A DNA stretch of 64,000 nucleotides from an uncultured Anaerolineales bacterium (lineage in GTDB: Bacteria > Planctomycetota > Phycisphaerae > FEN-1346): contig CAYWVR010000011.1 of NCBI GenBank assembly GCA_964461715.1, forward strand, positions 11,289 through 75,288, given 5' to 3'. Under the pieces are notes generated by a model. The model saw nothing but the letters and a program-made list of their open reading frames with translations. It did no database searches and was not told the origin of the DNA. Shown piece after piece: positions 18,105 through 26,257 of this stretch. How positions within the stretch are numbered: position 1 is the first letter of the stretch; each line of letters starts with the position of its first letter. Both the position numbers and the translations under genes were made by a program.

Positions 18105-19124
18105 CTACATGACGCGCACCTTCACCCGCCGGCCCGTCCGGCTCGACTGCATCGCCGCGAACACCATCGCCAGGCTCTTGATGTTGTCGTGGCACTCGCA
18201 CTGGGGCATGCGGCCGCGGCGGAGGTAGGCGAGCATCTCGCGCAGGGCCCCGTGCATCCCCCCGCATTTCATCTGAACGGAGGCGAGCTTGACGGACCGC
18301 CGGGGTCGCTCGAACCCTTCGTCCCGGGTGACGACCTCGCCCCAGGGGTCGTGGTCCGACTCGTAGAGGAGGGCCCCGCGGGTGCCCTGGACCCGCCAGT
18401 CGCCGTTCCAACTCGTGCGCGGCCCCTCGGCGCACCACGAGCCGCGGTAGGCGAACCGCACGCCGCCGGTCATCTCGAAGACGGCGTTGGCCGCGACGTC
18501 GCCGGCGTACCACGAGCCCTCCGGGTTGAACTCCTCGCACCAGACGGCCACGGGGTCGACGTCGCCGATCATGCGGGCCATGTCGAAGTGGTGAATGGCC
18601 ATATCCAGAATGAGCGGACTCTCCATTTCCGCCCGGAAGCCCCCGAAGTGGGCCGCGAGGAAGAAGTCGCAGTTCAGCGTCGTCGGCGTCCCGATCGTCC
18701 CGCGCCGCACCGTGCGGGCGAGCGACTCGTGCATCGCGTTCCAGCGGCGACTCTGGCTGACCATGTAGAGGCGGTCGGCCGCCTCGCTCGCCTTGACCAT
18801 CCGCCGCCCCTTGGCCATCGACGAGGCCATCGGCTTCTCGCCGATGACGTGAAGGCCCGCCTTCAGACACGCGCAGGTGACCCGGGCGTGGGCCTCGGGC
18901 GTCGTCAGGTCGACGGCAAAGTCGGCCTCGGCGTCCCGGAGGGTCTTCGCGAGATCCTCCGAGGCGACCGTCCCGGCCAGCTCGTATGTCTCGACGGCCG
19001 CCTCGGCCTTCTCGAGGTCCAGGTCGACGACGGCGGCGATCTCGACCTTCTCCTTCTTCAGCGGCGGGAACCAGGCCCGGCTGATCCCTCCCGCCCCCAC
19101 GACGACGGCGCGCGGCTTGGGCAT
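18105..19124 (-). CDS. Gfo/Idh/MocA-family NAD(P)-dependent oxidoreductase
   Basis: MPKPRAVVVGAGGISRAW is an N-terminal Rossmann motif; EKPMA is the family motif; 339 aa. CAT 19122-19124 is preceded on the minus strand by GGGAGGAAG. The ORF-track extension to 19967 is rejected (Arg/Asp nonsense). Confidence 0.8.
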   Translation of the reverse strand: MPKPRAVVVGAGGISRAWFPPLKKEKVEIAAVVDLDLEKAEAAVETYELAGTVASEDLAKTLRDAEADFAVDLTTPEAHARVTCACLKAGLHVIGEKPMASSMAKGRRMVKASEAADRLYMVSQSRRWNAMHESLARTVRRGTIGTPTTLNCDFFLAAHFGGFRAEMESPLILDMAIHHFDMARMIGDVDPVAVWCEEFNPEGSWYAGDVAANAVFEMTGGVRFAYRGSWCAEGPRTSWNGDWRVQGTRGALLYESDHDPWGEVVTRDEGFERPRRSVKLASVQMKCGGMHGALREMLAYLRRGRMPQCECHDNIKSLAMVFAAMQSSRTGRRVKVRVM

Positions 19125-19241
19125 GCGATCTTCCTCCCTATGGCGAGCAGGCGCCGTGATACGCCCCCCGTGTGGGCCGAGCAAGCTTTTTCGGACCTTT
19201 CGGCTTGTCGGCGGGCCCGGGGCGGGATTAGGATGGGGCCC

Positions 19242-20003
19242 ATGACCGAGACCGCTCAACCCTTCCGGCTCGACGGACGCGTCGCCCTGGTCACCGGGGC
19301 GGGGCGGGGGATCGGGCGAGGCGCGGCCGAGGCGCTCGCGCGGGCGGGGGCCGACGTCGCCCTCGTTGCCCGTACCGAGGCCGAGCTCGAGGAGGTCGCC
19401 GCCGCGCTTCCCACGCGCGGCCTCGTCCTGCCGGCCGACGTCACGGACCTCGCCTGCCACGAAGGGCTCGTCGAGCGGACCGTCCGCGAGCTGGGCGGCC
19501 TGGACGTCGTCGTCGCCTGCGCGGGGACGACCCTGCGCGTCCCGGCCGAAGAGATGACCCCCGAGGACTTCGCGCGCGTGATGGACCTCAACGTCACGGG
19601 CCTCGTGTTCCTGGTGCAGAAGGCCGCCCGGGTGATGCTCGATCGTGGCCGGGGGCGCGTCATCCTCATCGCCAGCCTCCTCTCGGAGATCGGGCGCGGC
19701 GAGAACGCCCCGTACGCGGCGTCGAAGGGGGCCGTCCGGCAGCTCGTCAAGCAGCTCGCGGTCGAATGGTCGCCGCGCGGCGTGACCGTCAACGGCATCG
19801 GCCCGGGGTACATCGACACGCAGCTCGTCGCGCGGCTGCGGGACGACCCCGAGTTCAACCGGTGGCTCATGGACCGCGTCGCCGTCGGCCGCTGGGGCAC
19901 GCCGCACGACGTCGGGGCGGCGGCGGTCTACCTCGCCGGCGACGAGGCCTCGTACGTGACCGGCCACATCCTGTACGTCGATGGGGGGTTCCTGGCGAAG
20001 TAG
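19242..20003 (+). CDS. short-chain dehydrogenase/reductase (SDR, KduD/FabG-like)
   Basis: VALVTGAGRGIGRG is the TGxxxGxG motif; NAPYAASKGAV is the YxxxK motif; PGYIDT is also present. An alternative start at 19233 is possible. Confidence 0.85.
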   Translation: MTETAQPFRLDGRVALVTGAGRGIGRGAAEALARAGADVALVARTEAELEEVAAALPTRGLVLPADVTDLACHEGLVERTVRELGGLDVVVACAGTTLRVPAEEMTPEDFARVMDLNVTGLVFLVQKAARVMLDRGRGRVILIASLLSEIGRGENAPYAASKGAVRQLVKQLAVEWSPRGVTVNGIGPGYIDTQLVARLRDDPEFNRWLMDRVAVGRWGTPHDVGAAAVYLAGDEASYVTGHILYVDGGFLAK

Positions 20004-20084
20004 CTCGTGCGCGTTTTTGGTGGCAGCGCCCGGTCGCGGCGCGTATCATGGCCGGCCCGAAGCGACAGGCGCAAGGAGCGGATC

Positions 20085-20321
20085 ATGGGCATCCCCGGCT
20101 ATGTCGAGTACCCGCGGCGGGAGTACTGCAAGGACATCCGCTGCCCGATCCAGCACCAGCTCGAGAAGCACGCGCCGGGGTCGCAGGAGCACGAGGGGGT
20201 CCGCTCCATCTGCAAGACCGAGTGCATCCACACCACCTACGAGTTCCATCACTGGCTCATCGATCACGGCTACGAGATCGTGCGGCCCGCCGAGACGGCG
20301 CCGGCCGGGCCCGACGCGTAA
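20085..20321 (+). CDS. small (78-aa) cysteine-containing protein, hypothetical
   Basis: ATG 20085 follows AAGGAGCGGATC. GC3-biased codons. Translation MGIPGYVEYPRREYCKDIRCPIQ...ICKTECIHTTYEFHHWLIDHGYEIV has a CxxxxC...CxxxC...HH arrangement. It sits between the SDR and aldolase genes on the same strand. Confidence 0.5.
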   Translation: MGIPGYVEYPRREYCKDIRCPIQHQLEKHAPGSQEHEGVRSICKTECIHTTYEFHHWLIDHGYEIVRPAETAPAGPDA

Positions 20322-20332
20322 AGGAACCCCTC

Positions 20333-21214
20333 ATGCCCGAAGCGAGCGGAAACGAGGGCGCCAAGAACTTCGCCCCCGACGTGCCCCAGACCCAGGACCT
20401 CTTCTTCCTGAAGGGGTCGAACAATCTTGATTGGGGAATGAAGGACCGCCTCGCGCGGATCTTCAACCCGGACTCCGGCCACGCGGTCATGCTCGCCTTC
20501 GACCACGGCTACATCCTCGGGCCCACGTCGGGGCTGGAGCGGATGGACCTGACGATCCGCCCCCTCATCCCCCACGCCGACTGCCTCATGTGCACGCGGG
20601 GGGCCCTGCGGCAGATCGTGCCGGCCACGGCGGGCAAGCCCGTCTCGCTCCGCGTCTCCGCCGGCTCGACGGTGCTGACGGACCTCAACGACGAGATCAT
20701 CATGGACATCGAGGAGGCCGTGCGCCTGAACGCCTCCATCATGGCCGTCATGGTCGCCGTGGGTTCCGTGAAGCACGAGGCGACGACCGTGCGGAACCTG
20801 ACGCGCCTCGTCGACGCCGGCACCCGAGTGGGTATCCCCACGCTCGGCGTGACGGCCGTCGGGAAGGAACTGGTGCGCGACGCCCGGTACCTGGCGATGG
20901 CCTCGCGGGTCTGCGCCGAAAACGGCGCCCACGTCGTCAAGACCTACTTCTGCGAGCCGGGCTTCGAGCAGGTCACCGCCGCGTGCCCCGTGCCCATCGT
21001 CATCGCGGGCGGCAAGAAGGTGCCGGAGAAGGATGCCCTGGGCATCGCCGAGCGGGCCCTGAAGCAGGGGGCCGCCGGCGTCGACATGGGCCGCAATATC
21101 TTCCAGGCCGAGGACCCCGTCGCCATGCTCCGGGCCGTCCGGGCCGTCGTCCACGAGGGACGCTCCGGCGACGAGGCGTTCGAGATGTACCGGGACACCA
21201 AGGGCCGCGCCTAG
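20333..21214 (+). CDS. DhnA-type class I aldolase, LsrF family (DeoC/LacD aldolase superfamily)
   Basis: ATG 20333 follows AAGGAA. Motifs VMLAFDHGY, CLMCTRG, VVKTYF, PVPIVIAGGKK and GVDMGRNIFQ are shared with E. coli LsrF and DhnA-type FBA (identity judged from memory of those sequences). Confidence 0.85.
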   Translation: MPEASGNEGAKNFAPDVPQTQDLFFLKGSNNLDWGMKDRLARIFNPDSGHAVMLAFDHGYILGPTSGLERMDLTIRPLIPHADCLMCTRGALRQIVPATAGKPVSLRVSAGSTVLTDLNDEIIMDIEEAVRLNASIMAVMVAVGSVKHEATTVRNLTRLVDAGTRVGIPTLGVTAVGKELVRDARYLAMASRVCAENGAHVVKTYFCEPGFEQVTAACPVPIVIAGGKKVPEKDALGIAERALKQGAAGVDMGRNIFQAEDPVAMLRAVRAVVHEGRSGDEAFEMYRDTKGRA

Positions 21215-21232
21215 CGCGGCCGCGAGGGACGC

Positions 21233-22288
21233 ATGGCCGCCTCCTTCCCCCTCCCCAAGACCCAGCGGGCCGCCGTCTACTACCGCAACGACGACGTGCG
21301 CATCGAGCACCGCCCCGTTCCCGAGATCGGTCCCGGGGAGGTCCTGGTTCGCATCGGCGCCTCGGGCATCTGCGGCTCGGACGTCCTCGAGTGGTACCGC
21401 ATCAAGAAGGCCCCCATCGTCCTCGGCCATGAGGTGGCGGGGGAGATCGTCCGCGTCGGCGAGGGCGTCACGAAGTTCGCGATCGGCGATCGCGTCGCCG
21501 TCAACCATCACGTCCCGTGCAACACGTGCCGCTACTGCCGGGCGGGCCATCACACGGCCTGCGAGACGCTGCACACGACGGCGTTCGACCCCGGCGGGTT
21601 CTGCGAGTATGTCCGGGTGCCCCCGCTCCAGACGGATCGCGGCGTGTATCCGCTGGCGGCGGGGGTCTCGTTCGAGGAAGGCTCGTTCGCCGAGCCGCTG
21701 GGGTGCGTGCTGCGCGGGCAGCAGAGCGTGGACCGGAAGGCCGGGCAGACGGTGGCGGTGCTCGGGGCGGGGGTCTCGGGCATCCTGCACGTGGCGCTGG
21801 CGAAGGCGCTCGGGGCGGGGCGCATCCTCGCGACGGACATCGACGCGTGGCACCTGGAGCAGGCCCGGCGCTTCGGCGCCGACGAGGCGTTCGACGCGAG
21901 GGAGGGCGACGTGGCGGCGCTTCTTCGGGAGGCCAACGGGGGGCGGGGCCTGGACCTCGTGGTCGTCTGTTGCGGGGCGCTCTCGGCGTTCGAGCAGGGC
22001 CTCGCGGCGGTCGATCGCGGCGGGACGGTCCTATGCTTTGCGACCACCGACCCCGGCGTCGCCCTCGAAGTGCCGCTGAACGATTTCTGGCGAAACGACG
22101 TGACCTTGAAACCGAGCTACGGCAATGCGCCCGCCGACGCCGTCACGGCCCTCGACCTTATCGCCGCCGGCCGCGTCCCCGTCGCCGAGATGATCACCCA
22201 CCGCCTGCCCCTGGAAGAGGCCCGGGAAGGTTTCCGCCTCATGGCCACCCCCGGCGGCCCCTCCCTCAAGGTCGTCCTCGAGCCGTAG
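21233..22288 (+). CDS. zinc-dependent alcohol/polyol dehydrogenase (MDR, threonine/sorbitol dehydrogenase-like)
   Basis: GASGICGSD...GHEVAGEIV is the catalytic Zn site; CNTCRYCRAG is the structural Zn site; VLGAGVSG is the Rossmann motif. Confidence 0.85.
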   Translation: MAASFPLPKTQRAAVYYRNDDVRIEHRPVPEIGPGEVLVRIGASGICGSDVLEWYRIKKAPIVLGHEVAGEIVRVGEGVTKFAIGDRVAVNHHVPCNTCRYCRAGHHTACETLHTTAFDPGGFCEYVRVPPLQTDRGVYPLAAGVSFEEGSFAEPLGCVLRGQQSVDRKAGQTVAVLGAGVSGILHVALAKALGAGRILATDIDAWHLEQARRFGADEAFDAREGDVAALLREANGGRGLDLVVVCCGALSAFEQGLAAVDRGGTVLCFATTDPGVALEVPLNDFWRNDVTLKPSYGNAPADAVTALDLIAAGRVPVAEMITHRLPLEEAREGFRLMATPGGPSLKVVLEP

Positions 22289-22302
22289 CGGCCGTCCAGG
22301 AC

Positions 22303-23358
22303 CTAGAACACCGACTCCCGATACCCGAACTCCTCCGCCACCGCTCGGGTCTCGTCGAGCGTCGTGGCGGCGCCGGTGCAGGTGGGGTCGGAGAGGCAGA
22401 CGGCGGCGGCGGAGACGCCGAGGCGGAGGCTCTCGTCGAGCGGCCACCGCTCGTGGAGGCCGTAGAGGACGCCCGCGCAGAAGGCGTCCCCCGCCCCGGC
22501 CCCGCCGCGGATGTACCCTTCCGGCAGGGCCAGCGACGGTTGCCAGAGCTCCTCTCCGTCGGCCGTCCGGACGTAGCCGCCCTCGGGCAGATGGATGCAG
22601 ACGAGCTTCCCCACGCCCAGGTCCAGCAGGTCCTTCGCCGCGGCGCGGATGGCCGCCGGGTCGGGCTCGTCGCCGGGCTTCAGGTCGCGGCCGGTGGTCT
22701 TGCCGGCCTCGAACTCGTTGAGGATCGCGTAGTCGGCGTGCTTGAGGGCGGGCCGGACGATCTCGGGGAACCGGTCGCTGTCCTCGCTGACGACGTCGAT
22801 GGACGTTTCGATGCCCGCCGCCTGGCATGCCGCCAGCACCCGCGCGGCCACGGTGCCGAACTCGGGGTCGGCCTCGTCGAAGCGGTCCAGGAGCAGGAGG
22901 TACCCGAGGTGGAGGATGCGGGCCCGGATCGTCTCGACGGGCACGTGCTCGGGGCCGAAGCGGGCGTTGGCGCCGCGATTGTGGAAGAAGGTGCGGCGGC
23001 CGGTGGGCTTGGCGACGATGACGAGGGTGTAGCTGGTGGGAGCGTCGGGGTCGGCGCCGAGGGCCGCCCGGTCGATGCGATGGCGGGCGAGGTCGTCGCG
23101 GATGAACTCGCCGTCGGGATCGGCGCCCGTCAGGCCGATGGCCTCGAGGGGCAGGGCCCGGCCCGGCGTGCCGTCGGGCCCCACGGGAGGCCCGAAGCGC
23201 GCCAAGTCCACCAGGCAGTTGTAGGGCGAGCCGCCGGTGCCCCGGCCCTGGTCGAGGATGTTGGCGAGGGTCTCCTCGCGGGGAAAGAGGTCGCAGATGT
23301 AGACGTGGTCGATGATCCAGTTTCCCGCACACGCGATGCCGCGCCGCGTCTTGCTCAT
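22303..23358 (-). CDS. carbohydrate kinase, PfkB/ribokinase family
   Basis: N-terminal GG motif (NILDQGRGTGGSPYN) and C-terminal GAGDAF ATP/anion-hole motif (GGAGAGDAFCAGVLYG); 351 aa. CAT 23356-23358. The ORF-track extension to 23523 is rejected. Confidence 0.8.
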   Translation of the reverse strand: MSKTRRGIACAGNWIIDHVYICDLFPREETLANILDQGRGTGGSPYNCLVDLARFGPPVGPDGTPGRALPLEAIGLTGADPDGEFIRDDLARHRIDRAALGADPDAPTSYTLVIVAKPTGRRTFFHNRGANARFGPEHVPVETIRARILHLGYLLLLDRFDEADPEFGTVAARVLAACQAAGIETSIDVVSEDSDRFPEIVRPALKHADYAILNEFEAGKTTGRDLKPGDEPDPAAIRAAAKDLLDLGVGKLVCIHLPEGGYVRTADGEELWQPSLALPEGYIRGGAGAGDAFCAGVLYGLHERWPLDESLRLGVSAAAVCLSDPTCTGAATTLDETRAVAEEFGYRESVF

Positions 23359-23513
23359 CGGGGGCCCCCTTTCCGGGCTTCGGGCCAAGGTGGGGGCATG
23401 ATAGCGGCCCCGCCGCCGGGCCGCAAGCGGACCTTCGCAGGGGCCTTTTTTCGTTGACAGGTCGCGGCGCGCGGCCGATAGTGGGCCGCCGAGCGGGGCA
23501 CGTGGGCCTATCC

Positions 23514-24752
23514 ATGTCGGCATGGCCGGGTGAAGCGCGGTTCGAGCAGTACCTCCTGGACCACGGTCTCGCGACCGAGGACGAAATCCGGAAGGCCCGG
23601 GAGGCCCTGAAGACCGCCCCCGACGTCGAGGGCCGCCGCCCCACGCTGCCCGAGGCCCTCGTCGTGACCGGGTCGATCACCAAGAGCCAGGCCCGCCGCA
23701 CCCTCAAGGCCATCCAGACCGAGTCCGCCGCGCCCACCGTCCAGGTGCCGGGCATCCAGATCATGGAGCGTCTCGGGCGCGGCAGCCAGGCGGTCGTCTA
23801 CAAGGGCCGCCAAGTCAGCGTCGATCGGATCGTGGCCGTGAAGATCCTCCTGTCGAAGCAGGCTCGCGACCCGGACAACCGACGCCGCTTCATCCAGGAG
23901 GCCAAGGCCGCCGCCAAGCTCAACCATAATAACATTGTCCAGGCCATCGACGCGGGCGAGAGCGAGGGGTACTCGTACTTCATCATGGAATACATCGACG
24001 GGACGACCGTCGAGGATATCCTGAAGAAACAGGTGGGCCCGATCCAGGAGGAAGAGGCCCTCCGCATCATCATCCAGATCGCCGAGGCCCTGGCCCACGC
24101 CCACAAGCGGGGCTTCATCCATCGCGACGTCAAGCCGGCCAACATCATGCTCACCCACGAGGGCGTGGCGAAGCTCGCGGACATGGGCCTCGCGCGCCAG
24201 ACCGCCGACGCCGCCGCCGCTATGGAGGAGGCCGGCAAGGCCTACGGCACGCCCTACTACATCGCCCCGGAGCAGGTGCGCGGCGACCCGAACATCGATT
24301 TCCGGGCCGACATCTACTCCCTCGGGGCCACCTTCTACGAGATGCTGACCGGCCGCCCGCCCTATCAGGCCGCCACCCCCCAAGAGGTCATGCGCAAGCA
24401 CGTCACCGGCACCCTCGCGCCGCCCGACCACGTCAACCCCGACCTCTCGGCGGGCGTCAGCGAGGTGGTCGAGGTCATGATGAGCAAGCGACCAAAGGAC
24501 CGGTACGCCTCGACCGAGGACCTGCTGGTGGACCTGAAGGGCGTCGCTCGCGGCGAGCCGCCCCGCATCGCCCGCGAGAAGGTCGGCATGCAGGACGAGC
24601 TGATGGAGGGCCTGGCGGCAGGAGAGGAACTGGAGGAGGTCGTTCCCCGCGCCGCCGAGCCCGACCCGTTCGCCTTCAACCAGCTCGCCGTCATCCTCGC
24701 CGTCGCGCTCGCGATCTCGATCCTCGTCAACATCCTGCTGGCTATCTTCTGA
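23514..24752 (+). CDS. Ser/Thr protein kinase with C-terminal membrane anchor
   Basis: GRGSQAVVYKG...VAVKIL is the ATP site; HRDVKPANIML is the catalytic loop; DMGLA is the DFG-equivalent; APEQ is also present. C-terminal hydrophobic helix AVILAVALAISILVNILLAIF. Confidence 0.8.
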   Translation: MSAWPGEARFEQYLLDHGLATEDEIRKAREALKTAPDVEGRRPTLPEALVVTGSITKSQARRTLKAIQTESAAPTVQVPGIQIMERLGRGSQAVVYKGRQVSVDRIVAVKILLSKQARDPDNRRRFIQEAKAAAKLNHNNIVQAIDAGESEGYSYFIMEYIDGTTVEDILKKQVGPIQEEEALRIIIQIAEALAHAHKRGFIHRDVKPANIMLTHEGVAKLADMGLARQTADAAAAMEEAGKAYGTPYYIAPEQVRGDPNIDFRADIYSLGATFYEMLTGRPPYQAATPQEVMRKHVTGTLAPPDHVNPDLSAGVSEVVEVMMSKRPKDRYASTEDLLVDLKGVARGEPPRIAREKVGMQDELMEGLAAGEELEEVVPRAAEPDPFAFNQLAVILAVALAISILVNILLAIF

Positions 24753-24938
24753 GGGGGTGGCCCAGAGCGCCCTCGCATGCCACGTTTCGCCGGCCCCGGG
24801 GCCTCGCTGACGCCCAAGGTGTGCCTCACAGCTCCGGCGCCGCGCGCACACGACCGGCCGGCGTCCCGCGTGAGCGGTGGCACCGGCCGGTCGGTTTGAT
24901 AAGGCCGCGGCCCGGGACCGCGGTCCGTGTGCCTATCC

Positions 24939-25127
24939 TTACGCGACGGAACGATGCCGCGCGTGGCCGAAGAGGCCCAGAATCAGCAGCACGACGAAGA
25001 CGACGAGGAAAATCCAGAACAGGACCTCCGCGACGTCTGCCGCGGCCGCCGAGATGCCTCCGAAGCCGAAAAAGCCGGCGATCAGGGCGACTACGAAGAA
25101 GATCAACGCCCACTTGAGCAAGCCCAT
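24939..25127 (-). CDS. DUF1328/UPF0391-family small membrane protein
   Basis: [46 protein letters not shown] matches the UPF0391 consensus (LKWA.IFL.IALIAG.LGFGGIAGAAAGIAKILFFIFLV). Confidence 0.8.
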   Translation of the reverse strand: MGLLKWALIFFVVALIAGFFGFGGISAAAADVAEVLFWIFLVVFVVLLILGLFGHARHRSVA

Positions 25128-25341
25128 GGTCTGACCTTTCCACGCTCGGATTCGTTTCCAGTTGCGGCCCCCATTCTACGGGCTCCGAGGCGGCGGCGAA
25201 TGAGGGCCGATGCCCGAATCGGCCCCCGACGCTTGCCGGAATTATAATGGGGGCAGGCCCGAGGTCGGGCAGGGGAATGGCCATAAATGCGGGACCGCGG
25301 TGGCGCCACCGCGGCTCATCACCACCGCTCACGGCGCCGGC

Positions 25342-26163
25342 TCACGCGCGCTGCGTCGAGGCCCGGGTCGTGATGCCGGTGGGTGGTAGAAGGATGGGAC
25401 CCTCGGGCGGCGCCTCCCCCGACATCAAGCGGTCCAGCACCGCCGCCCCCTCGTGGCCTACCTCATCGAGCGGCAACGCGACGCTCGAAAGGGTGGGGCG
25501 GGCCATGCGGCAGAGGAGATCGTCGTCGTCGACGCCGAGGATCGCGACGTCCTGCGGCACCTTTGCGCCGATGCGGCGGCAGGCCTCCAGCACGGACACG
25601 GCGCGCGTGTCGTTGCAGGCCATCACGCCGACGGGCCTGGCGAGCCCTTCGAGCCACCGGGCGATGTCCTGCTGCGCCCCGTCCCAGCTCCAGTCGAGTC
25701 GAATTGCCGGGTCCGGCTCGTAGGCGCTCACCTCGAAGCCCGCCTCCTCGACCCGCCCGGCGTAACCCGCGCCCCGCCGGTCCGAAAAGCCGAACCCCGG
25801 GAACCCGCAGTACGCGAACCGCTCCAGGCCCAGATTCAGGAGGTGCTCGGCCCCCAGGCGCCCCGCGGCCCTCGGGTCCGGGATGACCTGCGGCAAGGGA
25901 GCGTCGGCCAGGGTGCCGGAGACGTTCACCGCCGCCACGCCGCGCTCGGCCATGGCCCGGGCGACGCGTTCGCGGCGGACGTTGGCCAGGATGCCGTCGG
26001 GTTCCCAATCGAGAATCTCGGGGAAGTCGACGCCCGGCTGGAACTGCGTGGAGAAGACCCAGGAGGGCTTATCCTCGGCATAGCGGGCCACACCGGCGGC
26101 AATTCCGCGATGATAGCTCTGGTTAACGGGGATGAGCATCGCCACGCGCACAAGATGGGCCAT
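25342..26163 (-). CDS. XylR-type periplasmic-binding-protein-like sugar-sensor domain protein that lacks the AraC HTH (truncated paralog of the next gene)
   Basis: MAHLVRVAMLIP.. aligns along its whole length with residues 1-270 of the downstream XylR-like regulator (VNVS, RFA.CG, VMACND, LEACRR, VLGVD..., PLSSV). It stops where the paralog's AraC-type HTH begins. CAT 26161-26163 is preceded on the minus strand by GGAGGGG. Confidence 0.7.
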   Translation of the reverse strand: MAHLVRVAMLIPVNQSYHRGIAAGVARYAEDKPSWVFSTQFQPGVDFPEILDWEPDGILANVRRERVARAMAERGVAAVNVSGTLADAPLPQVIPDPRAAGRLGAEHLLNLGLERFAYCGFPGFGFSDRRGAGYAGRVEEAGFEVSAYEPDPAIRLDWSWDGAQQDIARWLEGLARPVGVMACNDTRAVSVLEACRRIGAKVPQDVAILGVDDDDLLCRMARPTLSSVALPLDEVGHEGAAVLDRLMSGEAPPEGPILLPPTGITTRASTQRA

Positions 26164-26257
26164 CGTCGCCCCTCCACGGGAGGCACGTTCGTCACGTCTC
26201 CCATTATAGGGCAAACCGGCCCCCGAGGGGGATCGCGCGTCAGGCGACCGCGACGCG

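Noticed and set aside
19124-19967. N-terminal 280-aa extension of the Gfo/Idh/MocA ORF (18105..19967 in track); also the extension of the SDR ORF back to 17991 and of the aldolase ORF back to 19766
   Set aside because: The extensions translate to Asp/Arg/Gly-rich low-complexity sequence and are antisense to real genes. Internal ATGs with SDs (19124, 19242, 20333) coincide with the start of recognisable domains.
21517-23764. 646-aa (+) and 577-aa (-) ORFs overlapping the Zn-ADH and PfkB kinase genes
   Set aside because: Out-of-frame or antisense artefacts. The overlapping real ORFs carry ADH zinc-site and PfkB GG/GAGDAF motifs.
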